Assembly (NCBI GenBank): GCA_964450585.1 | Contig: CAYVEH010000001.1 | Location: 1 to 50,429, forward strand | Direction of reading: 5' to 3' | DNA: 50,429 nt | Source of the DNA: an uncultured Ornithinimicrobium sp. | Lineage (GTDB): Bacteria > Actinomycetota > Actinomycetes > Actinomycetales > Dermatophilaceae | In this document: positions 28,113 through 39,457 of the stretch, piece by piece | Numbering within the stretch: the first letter of the stretch is position 1 | Layout of the letters: every line of letters starts with the position of its first letter | Notes under the pieces: generated by a model | The model's database searches: none | What the model was told of the DNA's origin: nothing | The model's input: only the letters and a program-made list of their open reading frames with translations | Program-made: the position numbers and the translations under genes

Positions 28113-28993
28113 GCACCGGGGACGGGCCCGGTGAGGCGACACCACGGCTCGACGATGGCGACCTGGCCGACTCCCTGCTGGTGACGGGCGGCCTGGAGGT
28201 GGAAGGGGTCCTCACCGACGCCTCGAACCTGACGGCACGGGTGTACCTGACCGGTCCGGACGGGGCCATCAGCGGGCAGCGGGCGCTGTACAAGCCGGTG
28301 CAGGGAGAGGCTCCGCTGCGGGACTTCCCGGAGGGCACCCTGGGGCGTCGGGAGGTCGCCGCCTATCAGGTCAGCGCGCTCGGCGGTTGGGGCCTGATCC
28401 CGCGCACGGTGCTGCGCGACGGGCCGTTGGGTCCGGGCTCCGTGCAGCGGTGGGTCGATTGGGAGGCGACGGGCCGCCAACCTGGCGACGGGCTGCTGGA
28501 GGTCTTCGCTGTCGACGCGGTCCCGCCGCAGTGGCTGCCGGTGGTGCACGGCGAGGATGCTGCTGGCCGCTCGGTGGTGGTCGCCCACCGTGATGATCCC
28601 GATCTGGCCTCGATGGCGGTGCTGGACCTGGTCCTGAACAACGCCGACCGCAAGGGTGCCCACCTGGTGCGCGACCGCACCGGGCACCTCTGGGGTTTCG
28701 ATCACGGGCTGACCCTGCACCACCACGACAAGCTGCGCACAGTGCTGTGGGGCTGGGCCGGGCAGCCGCTGCCGCAGCAGGACCGAGAACGGCTCGCCCG
28801 GCTGCTGACCCGCCTGCACGATGATGCCGCCGCCCGCGTGCGACTACCCGGGCAACCCGGCACGGAGCTGGCCTCGTTGATCAGCGTCGAGGAGCTGCGG
28901 GCCCTGGTGCGGCGCACTGAGCAACTGGTCGCTGACCCGGTCTTTCCCGCGCTACCCACTGACCGTTACCCCCTGCCGTGGCCCCTGTGGTGA
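28109..28993 (+). CDS. SCO1664 family PI3/4-kinase-like protein
   Basis: [47 protein letters not shown] terminus. Confidence 0.88.
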   Translation: MSTGDGPGEATPRLDDGDLADSLLVTGGLEVEGVLTDASNLTARVYLTGPDGAISGQRALYKPVQGEAPLRDFPEGTLGRREVAAYQVSALGGWGLIPRTVLRDGPLGPGSVQRWVDWEATGRQPGDGLLEVFAVDAVPPQWLPVVHGEDAAGRSVVVAHRDDPDLASMAVLDLVLNNADRKGAHLVRDRTGHLWGFDHGLTLHHHDKLRTVLWGWAGQPLPQQDRERLARLLTRLHDDAAARVRLPGQPGTELASLISVEELRALVRRTEQLVADPVFPALPTDRYPLPWPLW

Positions 28994-29027
28994 GGTCCGG
29001 CCCCGGCGATTGACTAGGCTCCCAGTC

Positions 29028-30329
29028 GTGAAGACCTGGAACAGCCCGCCCGTGCCCGATCTTGCCGGCCAGGGAGGCCCCCTCCGGGTCTGGGATACCG
29101 CCAGCGGTCAGCTGCAGATCGTCCACCCGGATCACGGTCGGGCCCGGCTGTATGTCTGCGGCATCACCCCCTACGACGCGACCCACATCGGGCACGCCGC
29201 CACCTATGTCACCTTCGATCTGGTGGTCCGCACCTGGCGGGACGCCGGCCTGGAGGTCACCTACGTGCAGAATGTGACCGACGTCGACGAGCCACTGCTG
29301 GAGCGCGCCGAGCGGGACGGGGTCGACTGGCAAGAACTCGCCGCCAGCCAGATCGACCTGTTCCGCCAGGACATGGCGGCGTTGCGGGTCCTGGCTCCGG
29401 ATCACTACGTCGGCGCCATCGACGGCATCCCGGACGATGTCGCCGCGGTGCAGCGCCTGCTGGGCGACGGGACGGCATACCCCCTCCCGGTGGAGTCCGA
29501 GGGCGCCCCGGAGACGACGGGCCACCCGAGCCACGGCGGTGCCGAGCCGCCCCAGGACTTTTACCTGGACCTGTCCACCCAGCCGAGTTTCGGCAGCGTC
29601 TCCGGGTGGACCCGGGATGAGATGTTCGCAGTCTTCGCCGAGCGCGGCGGTGATCCGGACCGGCCCGGCAAGCGAGACCGGCTGGACCCGCTGCTCTGGC
29701 GGGCCCACCGGGACGGGGAGCCGCACTGGCCCGGCGAGACCCTGGGTGAGGGTCGGCCGGGCTGGCACATCGAGTGCACCACGATCGCGGTGCGGCACCT
29801 CGGTGAGAACTTCGAGATGCAGGGCGGCGGCACCGACCTGATCTTCCCGCACCACGAGATGAGCGCCGTGCAGGCCCAGGCACTGACCGGTCAGCCGTTC
29901 GCCCAGACCTATGTGCACCAGGCCATGGTCGGTCTGGACGGGGAGAAGATGAGCAAGTCCAAGGGCAACCTGGTGCTCGTCTCCGGGCTCCGTGCCGAGG
30001 GGGTCGATCCGATGGCGGTGCGCCTGGCCCTGCTGGCGCAGCACTACCGCACGCCGTGGGACTGGACGGACCAGGTGCTGCAGGACGCCGTGGGTCGACT
30101 GGCACGTTGGCGGGCCGGCGTCGGTCAGGCCGGCCCGCAGGCCACGGACAGCACGGAGGCCACGGATCAGACGCCGCCGGTGGTCGCCGAGATCCGCACC
30201 GCCCTGGCCCACGACCTGGACGCCCCCGCGGCGCTGCGGGCCGTCGATGAGTGGGTCCGTGTCGGGGCGCCTGGCGACCGGGCCACCATCTGCAACGCCC
30301 TCGATGCGTTGCTGGGCATCAGGCTCTAG
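29028..30329 (+). CDS. mshC: Cysteine:GlcN-Ins ligase (mycothiol synthesis)
   Basis: [49 protein letters not shown]; lacks CysRS anticodon domain. Confidence 0.95.
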   Translation: MKTWNSPPVPDLAGQGGPLRVWDTASGQLQIVHPDHGRARLYVCGITPYDATHIGHAATYVTFDLVVRTWRDAGLEVTYVQNVTDVDEPLLERAERDGVDWQELAASQIDLFRQDMAALRVLAPDHYVGAIDGIPDDVAAVQRLLGDGTAYPLPVESEGAPETTGHPSHGGAEPPQDFYLDLSTQPSFGSVSGWTRDEMFAVFAERGGDPDRPGKRDRLDPLLWRAHRDGEPHWPGETLGEGRPGWHIECTTIAVRHLGENFEMQGGGTDLIFPHHEMSAVQAQALTGQPFAQTYVHQAMVGLDGEKMSKSKGNLVLVSGLRAEGVDPMAVRLALLAQHYRTPWDWTDQVLQDAVGRLARWRAGVGQAGPQATDSTEATDQTPPVVAEIRTALAHDLDAPAALRAVDEWVRVGAPGDRATICNALDALLGIRL

Positions 30330-30332
30330 TCC

Positions 30333-31478
30333 GTGCGCCGCACCCTGCTGGTCACCAACGACTTCCCGCCCCGCCTCGGCGGCATCCAGAGTTACCTGCA
30401 CAACTTCGCCGCGCAGCTGCCGCCGGCCGACCTGACGGTGTTCACCTCGAGCTACCCGGCCGCCGACATGGCCAGTTTCGATGCCGCCCAGCCCTATGCG
30501 ATCCACCGGAGTCGGCACACCATGATGCTGCCCACTCCCGGTGTGGTGCGCCGCGCCGCCGAGCTGGTGCGGGAGCACCAGATCGAGACGGTGTGGTTCG
30601 GGGCCGCAGCACCGTTGGGGTTGATGGCTCCGGCCCTGCGCCGAGCCGGGGCGCAGCGCATCGTCGCCTCCACGCACGGGCACGAAGTGGGGTGGTGGAT
30701 GGCCCCGGGCACCCGCCAGGCGATGCGACGGATCGCCGCGTCGGCCGATGTGATGACCTACATCAGCGAGTACACCCGAACCCGCTTGGCGGGCGCGTTT
30801 CAGCACACCGGCAGCACCGCTCGCCTGCCCTCGGGGGTGGAGAGCACCCAGTTCCGACCGGACCCAGCCGCGCGCGCGGCGCTGCGCCAGCGGTACGGGT
30901 TGGCTGACCGCCCGGTGGTGCTCTGCCTGTCCCGGCTGGTGCCCCGCAAGGGAGCCGATGCCCTGATCCGGGCGATGCCCCGGGTGCGCCGGGAGGTGCC
31001 CGCCGCGGCCCTGGTGATCGCGGGAGAGGGCAGCGATGAGAAACGGCTGCGCAACCTGGCCGACCAGCACCGGGTCCGCGATGACGTGCTGTTCACCGGG
31101 CGGGTGCCGGCGGAGCAGATCGCGGCGCACTACGCCATGCCGGACCTGTTCGCCATGCCGTGCCGCACGCGCTGGGGCGGGGTGGATGTCGAGGGGTTGG
31201 GTGTGGTGTATCTGGAGGCCGCAGCCGCCGGCGTGCCGGTGCTGGCGGGCACCTCCGGCGGCGCCCCGGAGGCTGTGCTGCCGGGGGAGACCGGCCTGGT
31301 CGTCGACGGGCGAGACCCCGACCAGGTCGCCGATGCGGTCATCGCCGTCCTCAGCGACCCGCAGCGGGCCCGCCAGATGGGGGAGGCCGGGCGCACCTGG
31401 GTGCAGCAGCAGTGGTCCTGGGAGGCCCTGGGCGCCCGGTTGCGTGGGCTGCTGGACGGGTCACCGTCGGGAGGCTGA
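30333..31478 (+). CDS. GT4 glycosyltransferase (PimB-like)
   Basis: VTNDFPPRLGGIQSY, WFGAAAPL, THGHE, SRLVPRKG, EGLGVVYLEA. Confidence 0.85.
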   Translation: MRRTLLVTNDFPPRLGGIQSYLHNFAAQLPPADLTVFTSSYPAADMASFDAAQPYAIHRSRHTMMLPTPGVVRRAAELVREHQIETVWFGAAAPLGLMAPALRRAGAQRIVASTHGHEVGWWMAPGTRQAMRRIAASADVMTYISEYTRTRLAGAFQHTGSTARLPSGVESTQFRPDPAARAALRQRYGLADRPVVLCLSRLVPRKGADALIRAMPRVRREVPAAALVIAGEGSDEKRLRNLADQHRVRDDVLFTGRVPAEQIAAHYAMPDLFAMPCRTRWGGVDVEGLGVVYLEAAAAGVPVLAGTSGGAPEAVLPGETGLVVDGRDPDQVADAVIAVLSDPQRARQMGEAGRTWVQQQWSWEALGARLRGLLDGSPSGG

Positions 31479-31492
31479 CGCCCCGTGCGGGG

Positions 31493-32344
31493 TTAGCCGG
31501 CCTCGTGCCCGCCGCGGCGACGCAGATACCGCTCGAACTCCCGGGCGATGGCATCCCCACTGGCCTCCGGCAGGTCGGCGGTGTCCTGCGCCTCCTCCAG
31601 CGACTCGACATACTCGGCCACCTCCTCATCGGAGGAGGCCAACTCATCAACCCCGCGCTCCCAGGCTCGCGCCTCCTCGGTGAGGTCGCCGTCGTCGATG
31701 ACGCACCCGAGCAGCTCCTCCAACCGCCCCACCAGAGCCAGCGTCGCCTTCGGTGAGGGTGGCCCGCCGGCATAGTGCGGCACCGCCGCCCAGACCGACA
31801 GCCCGGGCAGGTCGGACTGCCGTGCTTGGTCCATCAGCACCCCGACGATCCCGCTGGGGCCCTCGTAGGTGCTGCGCTCCACGTCGTGCACCTCCCGCAA
31901 CTCGGGGTCCTCAGAGGTCACGGAGACCGGGATCGGCCTGCTGTGCGGCACATCGGCCAGCAGGGCGCCGAGGGTGACCAGCAGGGTCGCACCCTGGTCC
32001 ATCGCCAGGGTGAGGATCTCCGAGACGTAGCTGCGCCACCGGATGGAGGGCTCGATGCCCAGGATGAGGATCACGTCCCGACCCAACGGGGAGTCCCGCG
32101 CCAACAGCACCCGAGTCGTGGGCCAGGTCAGCTGCCGCTGCCCGTCGACCATCCCCACCCGGGGCCGGTTGACCTGGAAGTCGTAGTAGTCCTCCGGGTC
32201 CATCACGGCGATGACGTCGGCATCCCAGGCACGCACCAGGTGCTCCAGGGCATGCGTGGCACTCTCCCCGGCGTCATTCCAGCCCTCGAAGGCAGCGATG
32301 ACGATCGGATCCTTCAGATCGGCCACCTGCCGTACATCGATCAT
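31493..32344 (-). CDS. PAC2 family (proteasome assembly chaperone-like) protein
   Basis: AFEGWNDAG, YYDFQVNRP, LLADVPHSRP, YEGPSGI, WAAVPHY. Confidence 0.9.
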   Translation of the reverse strand: MIDVRQVADLKDPIVIAAFEGWNDAGESATHALEHLVRAWDADVIAVMDPEDYYDFQVNRPRVGMVDGQRQLTWPTTRVLLARDSPLGRDVILILGIEPSIRWRSYVSEILTLAMDQGATLLVTLGALLADVPHSRPIPVSVTSEDPELREVHDVERSTYEGPSGIVGVLMDQARQSDLPGLSVWAAVPHYAGGPPSPKATLALVGRLEELLGCVIDDGDLTEEARAWERGVDELASSDEEVAEYVESLEEAQDTADLPEASGDAIAREFERYLRRRGGHEAG

Positions 32345-32473
32345 GATCAGCCTCCGCTCTGACAGCTAGCCGTCAGCCTACGAGTCAAACCCGATATTCC
32401 ATCGCACCCGGCACCTTCGTCAGCATCCGGGTCGGCCGGTTGAGCGCCATCGGTGCTGGCTAGCATCGGGGCC

Positions 32474-33160
32474 GTGATGAGTGATGCTGCCCCGTTGCCT
32501 GCCGCCCTGCTGTGGGACATGGACGGCACGCTGATCGACACCGAGCCGTACTGGATGGCCGAGGAGGGTGAGCTGGTCGCCCGTGCCGGCGGCACCTGGA
32601 CCAGCGAGGACGCCGTCGAGCTCGTCGGCAACAGCCTGCTCCGCTCGGCCGAGATCATCCTGGCCCGCACCCCGGTGACCGGCACCCCCGAGGAGATCGT
32701 GGAGACGCTGCTGAGTGGGGTCGTGGCCCGCACCCGGGCCTGTATGCCGTGGCGTCCTGGGGCGTGGGACCTGCTGCAGGAGTGTGGCCAGCTGGGCGTG
32801 CCCTGCGCCCTGGTGACCATGTCCTGGGCACCTCTGGCGGAGGTGCTGTTGGAGAGCCTACCGGAGCAGACCTTCGCCGCGGTGGTGACCGGTGACCAGG
32901 TCACCCATGGCAAACCCTCGCCGGACCCGTACCTGTTGGCGGCCGAACAACTGGGCGTCAACCCCGCCGACTGCCTGGCCCTGGAGGACTCGCCCACCGG
33001 GGTGCGCTCGGCGACCGCGGCCGGCGTGCCGACCCTGGGGGTGCCGCACGTGGTGCCGTTGCCGGCGACACCGGGGATGGTCACCGTGCCCACACTCGAG
33101 GGGCTGACCCTGCGGGAGGCGATGGCGCTGGTGCGGCAACCGCCGCCCCCGGCGCTGTAG
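32474..33160 (+). CDS. HAD family hydrolase
   Basis: WDMDGTLIDTE, KPSPDPY, LEDSPTG; -10 TAGCAT 7 nt before GTG. Confidence 0.9.
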   Translation: MMSDAAPLPAALLWDMDGTLIDTEPYWMAEEGELVARAGGTWTSEDAVELVGNSLLRSAEIILARTPVTGTPEEIVETLLSGVVARTRACMPWRPGAWDLLQECGQLGVPCALVTMSWAPLAEVLLESLPEQTFAAVVTGDQVTHGKPSPDPYLLAAEQLGVNPADCLALEDSPTGVRSATAAGVPTLGVPHVVPLPATPGMVTVPTLEGLTLREAMALVRQPPPPAL

Positions 33161-33168
33161 CCGCCGAC

Positions 33169-34107
33169 TCACTCTGCCGCGTCGTCAGCGGGGTCGGCCT
33201 GCCCGCTCCGGCGGGGATCCAGGGCGCGGCTGGCGGCGTCCTCGGGCAGTGGCGGTGGGGTGCCGCCCCAGGCGGGGCAGAGCGGTTTGTGGTGACACCA
33301 GGAGCACAACCGGCTGGTGCTGGCCCGCCAGTCACCGGTGACCGCCGCCCGCTCGATGGCCTGCCACAGGGCGCGGATCTTGCGCTCGGTCGCCCGCAGG
33401 TCCGCCTCGTCGGGGGCATACCGCAGCAACTGCCCATCGCGCAGGTAGACCAGTTGCAACAAGGTCGGCACCACCCCGCGGGTGCGCCACAGCACCAGGG
33501 CGTAGAACTTCATCTGGAAGAGGGCCTTGCCCTCCCACAGCTCCGAGGGTGAGCGACCGGTCTTGTAGTCCACCACCCGCAGCCGCCCGTCGGGGGCCAC
33601 GTCGAGACGGTCGACATAGCCCCGCAGGGTCAGCCCGTCGACCTCGGCCTCCACATACAGCTCCCGCTCGGCCGGCTCCAGGCAGGTCGGGTCCTCCAGG
33701 GTGAACCAGGTCCGGACGAAACGGGCCGCCTCGGCCAGCCAGGTGGCCTCGGTCACGGTCGCTGTGTCCGCGGCCGACTCGGTGCCGGACTCGCGACCTG
33801 CCGACGCGGACCCCTCAGCCTCAGCCCCCTCGGCCGGCATCGGGCCGTCCGGTCGGACCAGCGAGGCCAGCTCCGGGGCCTCCTGCACCAGACGCGCCCA
33901 CTCGGTGGGCAGCAGGTCCACGGCGGCCTCTGGGGTGCGCTCGGCCGCCGGCAGGTCAAAGACCCGCTCCAGGGCAGCATGCACCAGAGTGCCGCGGGCG
34001 GCAGCAGGGTTGGGTGGCTCCGGCAACCGATCCACCACCCGGAACCGGTAGAGCAGCGGGCACTGCATGAAGTCCGAGGCTCGGCTGGGGGAGAGGGCGG
34101 GGGCCAT
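33169..34107 (-). CDS. RecB-family PD-(D/E)XK nuclease
   Basis: LSPSRASDFMQCP, RGYVDRLD, VVDYKTG, QMKFYA, CSWCHHKPLC; -10 TAGGGT 7 nt before ATG 34107. Confidence 0.88.
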   Translation of the reverse strand: MAPALSPSRASDFMQCPLLYRFRVVDRLPEPPNPAAARGTLVHAALERVFDLPAAERTPEAAVDLLPTEWARLVQEAPELASLVRPDGPMPAEGAEAEGSASAGRESGTESAADTATVTEATWLAEAARFVRTWFTLEDPTCLEPAERELYVEAEVDGLTLRGYVDRLDVAPDGRLRVVDYKTGRSPSELWEGKALFQMKFYALVLWRTRGVVPTLLQLVYLRDGQLLRYAPDEADLRATERKIRALWQAIERAAVTGDWRASTSRLCSWCHHKPLCPAWGGTPPPLPEDAASRALDPRRSGQADPADDAAE

Positions 34108-34176
34108 GGGTTTCACCCTAGGCAACACCCCTGACGCCGATGCGGCAGTGCCCACCGGCGCGGCTAGTGTGGCGGC

Positions 34177-35274
34177 ATGACCGCGCCGTCGACCAAGTCG
34201 CCCGGGTGGCGCATCGGCTCCCTGGCTGGCGCGCCCGTCTACATCGGCCGCAGCTGGTTCGTCGTCGCCGTCATCATCGTCATCCTCTTCGGGCCGATCG
34301 TGCGGGGGGTGCGGCCCGATCTGGGCACCTGGAGCTACCTGGTCGCCGGGGCCTTCGCGCTGCTGCTGTTGGTCTCGGTGCTGGTGCACGAGGCAGCTCA
34401 CGCTCTGATGGGGCAGGCGTGCGGGTACACCGTCAGCCGCGTGGTCGCCGACTTCTGGGGTGGCCACACGGCCTACGACAGTCGGGACAGCACCCCTGGT
34501 CGCAGCGCTCTGGTCGCGATCGTGGGCCCGGCCGCCAATGCCGCCCTGGCCGGCGTCGGGTGGCTCTGGCTCACCCAGACCGAGGAAGGCACGGTCGGCT
34601 ACCTGTTGGCCATCGGCTTCACCTGGGCCAACGGTTTCGTGGCCGCGTTCAACCTGTTGCCGGGCCTGCCCCTGGACGGGGGCTTCCTGGTCGACTCACT
34701 GGTGTGGAAACTGACCGGCAGCCGCGGGGCCGGGATGATCGTGGCGGGATGGAGCGGCCGGTTGGTGGTCGTCGTGATCGCGTGGTGGCTGCTGGGGCGC
34801 CCGTGGTTGGCCGGTGAGCAGATCAGCACCACCAGCATCCTGTGGACGCTGGTGCTGGGCGGCTTCCTCTGGTTCGGTGCCAGCGAGGCCATCCGGGTCG
34901 GCCGTGCCCGGCAGCGGCTGGAGTCGGTCCAGGTGGCGCAGTACCTGACCCCGGTGCACGCCGTGTCGGCAGCAGGCCCGCTGACCGACCTGCCGCCACC
35001 GGCGGGGCAGTTGGTGCTCGGCACCGATCCGGACGGGCGCCCGGTCGGGGTGCTGGACCCGAACGCGTTGGGGCAGGTGCCACGTGAGGTCTGGGCCAGC
35101 ACGACGGTCGAGGCGGTGCTGCAGCATCTGCCGCCGGTGTGGGTGGTGCAGGCCACCCCCACCGACGACATGACCGATGTGGTGCTGGCGCTGCAGGCCA
35201 ACAACCTGCCGATGGTCGCGGTGCGGGACATCGGCGGCCACCTGCATGGGGTGGTCCGCGCCGCGGACCTGTGA
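34177..35274 (+). CDS. Site-2 protease (M50)
   Basis: HEAAH and FNLLPGLPLDGG motifs, multiple TMs, degenerate CBS-like tail. Confidence 0.9.
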   Translation: MTAPSTKSPGWRIGSLAGAPVYIGRSWFVVAVIIVILFGPIVRGVRPDLGTWSYLVAGAFALLLLVSVLVHEAAHALMGQACGYTVSRVVADFWGGHTAYDSRDSTPGRSALVAIVGPAANAALAGVGWLWLTQTEEGTVGYLLAIGFTWANGFVAAFNLLPGLPLDGGFLVDSLVWKLTGSRGAGMIVAGWSGRLVVVVIAWWLLGRPWLAGEQISTTSILWTLVLGGFLWFGASEAIRVGRARQRLESVQVAQYLTPVHAVSAAGPLTDLPPPAGQLVLGTDPDGRPVGVLDPNALGQVPREVWASTTVEAVLQHLPPVWVVQATPTDDMTDVVLALQANNLPMVAVRDIGGHLHGVVRAADL

Positions 35275-35295
35275 GCGGCCCTAGACTCTCCGCCT

Positions 35296-36402
35296 GTGAC
35301 TGACGCTCCCACCTCCCCGTCCTCCGGCCCCGCGGAGCCGACCGGTGCGGCGCTGCGCCGCGGACCGTTCCGTGACGGCGACCGCGTCCAGCTGACCGAC
35401 CCCCGCGGCCGGCGGCACACCATCGTGCTGCAGGCTGGCAAGCAGTTCCACACCCACCGGGGGCACATCCGGCACGACGACCTCATCGGCGCCCCGGACG
35501 GCACCGTGGTCCGGCACACCGCCGGGCGTGACTACCTGGCACTGCGCCCACTCCTGGCCGACTACGTGCTGTCCATGCCCCGTGGCGCCCAGGTGGTCTA
35601 CCCCAAGGATGCCGGCCAGATCGTCACCATGGCCGACATCTTCCCGGGGGCCCGGGTGGTCGAGGCCGGGGTCGGCTCCGGCGCCCTCAGCCTGTCGCTG
35701 TTGCGCGCGGTCGGCGACGGTGGGCGACTCTTCAGCTTTGAGCGGCGCGAGGACTTCGCCGAGATCGCCCGGAGCAACGCGTTGCTGTTCTTCGGGCGCG
35801 AGCACCCGGCCTGGAGCGTCACCGTCGGCGACCTCGTCGAGGAGCTGCCGCGGACGGTCGAGCCGGGCAGCATCGACCGTGTCGTGCTGGACCTGCTCGC
35901 CCCGTGGGACTGCCTGGAGGTGGTGGGCGAGGCGTTGGCTCCGGGCGGGGTGCTGATCTGCTACGTGGCGACGGCCACCCAGCTCTCCCGGGTGGCCGAG
36001 GCGGCGCGGACCCACGGCGGGTGGACCGAGCCGCACGCCTGGGAGTCGATGGTCCGGGACTGGCACCTGGAGGGGCTGGCGGTGCGGCCCGAGCACCGGA
36101 TGCACGGCCACACCGGGTTCCTGCTGACCACCCGTCGGCTGGCGCCCGGCGCCCAGCCGCCGCAGCGGCGGACCCGACCGGCTCACGGCGCCTACGGCGA
36201 GGACTACGTCCCGCCGCAGGAGGAGTGGACGGCCGAGGAGCTGGGGGAGCGTGCTGTCTCCGACAAGCGGGTGCGACGCAAGGTCCGGGACCTGGCCCAG
36301 GAGGTTCAGCAGGTTGCCGCGACGGATGGTCTCGACGTCCCGGGCGACCACCCGCCGGACCCCTCGACCGGGAAGGCAGTAGATCCGGACGAGGGCGTCT
36401 AG
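35296..36402 (+). CDS. trmI: tRNA (adenine58-N1)-methyltransferase
   Basis: [46 protein letters not shown]; precedes arc. Confidence 0.93.
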   Translation: MTDAPTSPSSGPAEPTGAALRRGPFRDGDRVQLTDPRGRRHTIVLQAGKQFHTHRGHIRHDDLIGAPDGTVVRHTAGRDYLALRPLLADYVLSMPRGAQVVYPKDAGQIVTMADIFPGARVVEAGVGSGALSLSLLRAVGDGGRLFSFERREDFAEIARSNALLFFGREHPAWSVTVGDLVEELPRTVEPGSIDRVVLDLLAPWDCLEVVGEALAPGGVLICYVATATQLSRVAEAARTHGGWTEPHAWESMVRDWHLEGLAVRPEHRMHGHTGFLLTTRRLAPGAQPPQRRTRPAHGAYGEDYVPPQEEWTAEELGERAVSDKRVRRKVRDLAQEVQQVAATDGLDVPGDHPPDPSTGKAVDPDEGV

Positions 36403-36434
36403 TCTGGAGAGACCACCACCGAGGAGGAGGCACT

Positions 36435-38105
36435 GTGTCCGAGGAGCCCCAGGACCGCCCTGCAGTCGCCGGTCACGCCCGGGTCCGTCTGCTCGAGCAG
36501 CGGATCCTGCACCTGGAGACCCGTCTGGGCAGTGTCTCGGAGCAGAACGAGAAGCTCAGTGACACCCTCCGCCAGGCCCGCGGGCAGATTGTCCGGTTGC
36601 GTGAGGACCTGGACTCCATGGGAGAGCCGCCGCTGAGTTACGCCACGGTGCTGGAGCGCCGTGCCGACGGCATGGTCGACATCTCCTTCGCGGGCCGCAA
36701 ACTGGCGGTGCGGGCCATCTCGGATGTGCCGGCCGAGGCGCTGGCCCCGGGGCGTGAGGTGCTGCTCAATGATGCCCAGGCCATCGTGGAGGTTGCCCAG
36801 TTCGAGCGCACCGGGGAGATCGTCACCGTCAAGGAGATCCTCGACGACGGGCGGGTGCTGGTCCTGGTGCGCGGGGACGAGGAGCGGGTATGCCGGGTGG
36901 CCGGCTCGCTGGAGCCGCCGTACCGGGTGGGGGACGGGCTGCTGATGGACAGCCGCTCCGGTTTCCTCTACGAACGCATTGCGATGTCCGAGGTCAGCGA
37001 CCTGGTGCTGGAGGAGGTCCCGGATATCTCCTATGAGGACATCGGTGGGTTGACCCAGCAGATCGAGATGATCAAGGACTCGGTGGAACTGCCGTTCCTG
37101 CACACCGAGTTGTACGAGGAGCACGAGTTGCGCCCGCCGAAGGGCGTGCTGCTGTACGGGCCCCCCGGCTGCGGCAAGACGCTCATCGCCAAGGCCGTCG
37201 CGGCCTCACTGGCCCGGCAGTCCGCGCAGCGCACCGGGCGCCCGGACGCTGCCAGCTACTTCCTGAACATCAAGGGCCCGGAGTTGCTCAACAAGTACGT
37301 CGGGGAGACCGAGCGGCACATCCGCACGATCTTCCAGCGGGCTCGGGAGAAGTCCAGCGACGGCACCCCCGTGGTGGTCTTCTTCGACGAGATGGAGTCC
37401 CTCTTCCGCACTCGGGGCTCCGGGGTCTCCAGCGATGTGGAGACCACGATCGTGCCGCAGCTGCTGGCCGAGATCGATGGGGTGGAGCGCCTGGAGAACG
37501 TCATCGTGATCGGTGCGTCCAACCGGGAGGACATGATCGACCCGGCCATCCTGCGGCCCGGCCGGCTGGATGTGAAGATCAAGATCGAGCGGCCCGATGC
37601 CGAGGGCGCCAAGGACATCTTCAGCAAATACCTCACCGCCGGCATCCCGCTGCACCCGGACGACCTGGCCGAGCACGGCGGGGACCGGCAGGCGACCGTG
37701 GAGGCGATGATCGCTGCGGTCGTGGAGCGGATGTACTCCCAGATCGATGAGAACAAGTTCCTGGAGGTCACCTACGCCGGCGGCGACAAGGAGATCCTGT
37801 ACTTCAAGGACTTCAACTCCGGGGCGATGATCCACAACATCGTGGACCGCGCCAAGAAGATGGCGATCAAGGACCTGCTGGTCTCCGGCTCGCACGGCCT
37901 ACGGGTGGATCACCTGCTGCAGGCCTGTGTCGATGAGTTCAAGGAGAATGAGGACCTGCCCAACACCACCAACCCGGATGACTGGGCCCGGATCTCGGGG
38001 AAGAAGGGGGAGCGGATCGTCTATATCCGCACCCTGATCTCCGGCAAGGACGGCACCAGCCCCGGACGGAGCCTAGAGCGGGGGAACACCGGGCAGTACC
38101 TCTGA
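36435..38105 (+). CDS. arc: Proteasome-associated AAA ATPase
   Basis: N-terminal coiled coil, [35 protein letters not shown], terminal GQYL; GGAGG before GTG 36435. Confidence 0.97.
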   Translation: MSEEPQDRPAVAGHARVRLLEQRILHLETRLGSVSEQNEKLSDTLRQARGQIVRLREDLDSMGEPPLSYATVLERRADGMVDISFAGRKLAVRAISDVPAEALAPGREVLLNDAQAIVEVAQFERTGEIVTVKEILDDGRVLVLVRGDEERVCRVAGSLEPPYRVGDGLLMDSRSGFLYERIAMSEVSDLVLEEVPDISYEDIGGLTQQIEMIKDSVELPFLHTELYEEHELRPPKGVLLYGPPGCGKTLIAKAVAASLARQSAQRTGRPDAASYFLNIKGPELLNKYVGETERHIRTIFQRAREKSSDGTPVVVFFDEMESLFRTRGSGVSSDVETTIVPQLLAEIDGVERLENVIVIGASNREDMIDPAILRPGRLDVKIKIERPDAEGAKDIFSKYLTAGIPLHPDDLAEHGGDRQATVEAMIAAVVERMYSQIDENKFLEVTYAGGDKEILYFKDFNSGAMIHNIVDRAKKMAIKDLLVSGSHGLRVDHLLQACVDEFKENEDLPNTTNPDDWARISGKKGERIVYIRTLISGKDGTSPGRSLERGNTGQYL

Positions 38106-38133
38106 GCCTCGGTCTGCAGATGTGGGGCGAACA

Positions 38134-38982
38134 ATGAACACAGCGTTGCGAGCACGGATGGCCAACGTGGCGACGAAGACGAGTGCCGTGTCAGCGGTTC
38201 TCGGCACGATCTGCCTGACGGCGTGTGGCACGGGGCCAACGGAACGGGCCGACACCTCATCCCAGGACACCTGGTGGGACAACGATTGGGTGTGCGCCAG
38301 GGAAACGACCCGGGAGATACTCCCAGGCGCCTTTGCCGACAGCACAACACAGCCACCAACAGACATCGAGACGGCGATCCGTGCGGCAGCACGGGACGAA
38401 GGATATGCAGAGCCCGGAGCCCCTCAGTGGGAGAACCAGGTGGTGGATTCGTTCGTGAAGGATGTTGCCGACGACCTGGCGGCACGCGGGGACCAGGGTG
38501 GCGACACGCTGCAGGTGGCCACGGGCTACGCCGCAGCGACGCTGCGGGAGGTCGACGGTTCATGGCTCGTGACGATGATCCGACTTCCCGCTGCCTGTGG
38601 TCCGTTTGATCTCGCCGAGGGCACAGCCGGGTTCGAGCAGATCCGGGATCTGGTCGTCTCCGCCGATGGCAGGAACGTCACGATCCCGGCGGATATCCAG
38701 GGCACTCCGGCGCTGATCACCGTTGACGTGCGGGCGGACGATACCGCGGGGTGGCGACGCGCCGGCTGGCTCGTTGCCCAAGAGGGCGACACCACGATGA
38801 CGTTTGTGCCCGCCACCCCAGAGACGGCAACTCCTATCGAACCACCTAAACCAGGTCGACCCTTCCACGACTCGGAGACGCTGGATATGCCCACCGACAT
38901 TGCCGGGGCCGACAACGACGTCCTGCTCTGTGTCCCACCGGGCGCCCAACCCCGCTACTCATGCTCTCCGGCCGCAGGCTGA
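38134..38982 (+). CDS. Hypothetical lipoprotein
   Basis: Signal with LTAC lipobox; more A/T-ending codons than neighbours; start uncertain (38134 or 38158). Confidence 0.65.
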   Translation: MNTALRARMANVATKTSAVSAVLGTICLTACGTGPTERADTSSQDTWWDNDWVCARETTREILPGAFADSTTQPPTDIETAIRAAARDEGYAEPGAPQWENQVVDSFVKDVADDLAARGDQGGDTLQVATGYAAATLREVDGSWLVTMIRLPAACGPFDLAEGTAGFEQIRDLVVSADGRNVTIPADIQGTPALITVDVRADDTAGWRRAGWLVAQEGDTTMTFVPATPETATPIEPPKPGRPFHDSETLDMPTDIAGADNDVLLCVPPGAQPRYSCSPAAG

Positions 38983-38993
38983 TCGGGTAGGCC

Positions 38994-39401
38994 TCACTCA
39001 CGGGCCTGCTGGAGGCTCCACAGTTGCCAGGCCGCCACTCCGGCGAGCACCCCACCGCCGGCGGTGAGCACCAGCCCGGGCCCGGGAGTCCACCCGCTCA
39101 TCCCGACCAACCCGTAGAGGTGGACGAACTGCCACACCGGGATCGCCACGCAGACGACAGCGGTCAACGCGGCCTGCGCCACGGCCAACCACCGGACCGG
39201 GACCAGGGCACCGGCCAGGGCCAGCATCCCCACCGTGGCGGTCCACCGCCCCGGTCCGCCCATCCCGCTGGCGTTGCCCAAGGCGGTGTACACCCAGGGC
39301 AGGAAGGCCCCGACCAGGATCATCACGCTGGCGCCCAGGAGGCGCCACTGACCTGGCATCTTGCGGCGCCGGGTGGGCGCGGAGCGGGTCGGGGCGGCCA
39401 T
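38994..39401 (-). CDS. Hypothetical membrane protein
   Basis: About four hydrophobic segments, GAFLPW and PGPGL; -10 TAGGCT 7 nt before ATG 39401. Confidence 0.75.
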   Translation of the reverse strand: MAAPTRSAPTRRRKMPGQWRLLGASVMILVGAFLPWVYTALGNASGMGGPGRWTATVGMLALAGALVPVRWLAVAQAALTAVVCVAIPVWQFVHLYGLVGMSGWTPGPGLVLTAGGGVLAGVAAWQLWSLQQARE

Positions 39402-39457
39402 CATCGTCAGCCTATCGTTCATCGCCGTTCTTTCGGTGGGGGCCAAGAGGTCGGTGC

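Noticed and set aside
29028-30329. Cysteinyl-tRNA synthetase
   Set aside because: ERGGDP insert, short C-terminus and gene context indicate MshC
33169-34107. Cas4/CRISPR interpretation of the nuclease
   Set aside because: No repeat-spacer array or other cas genes in the window
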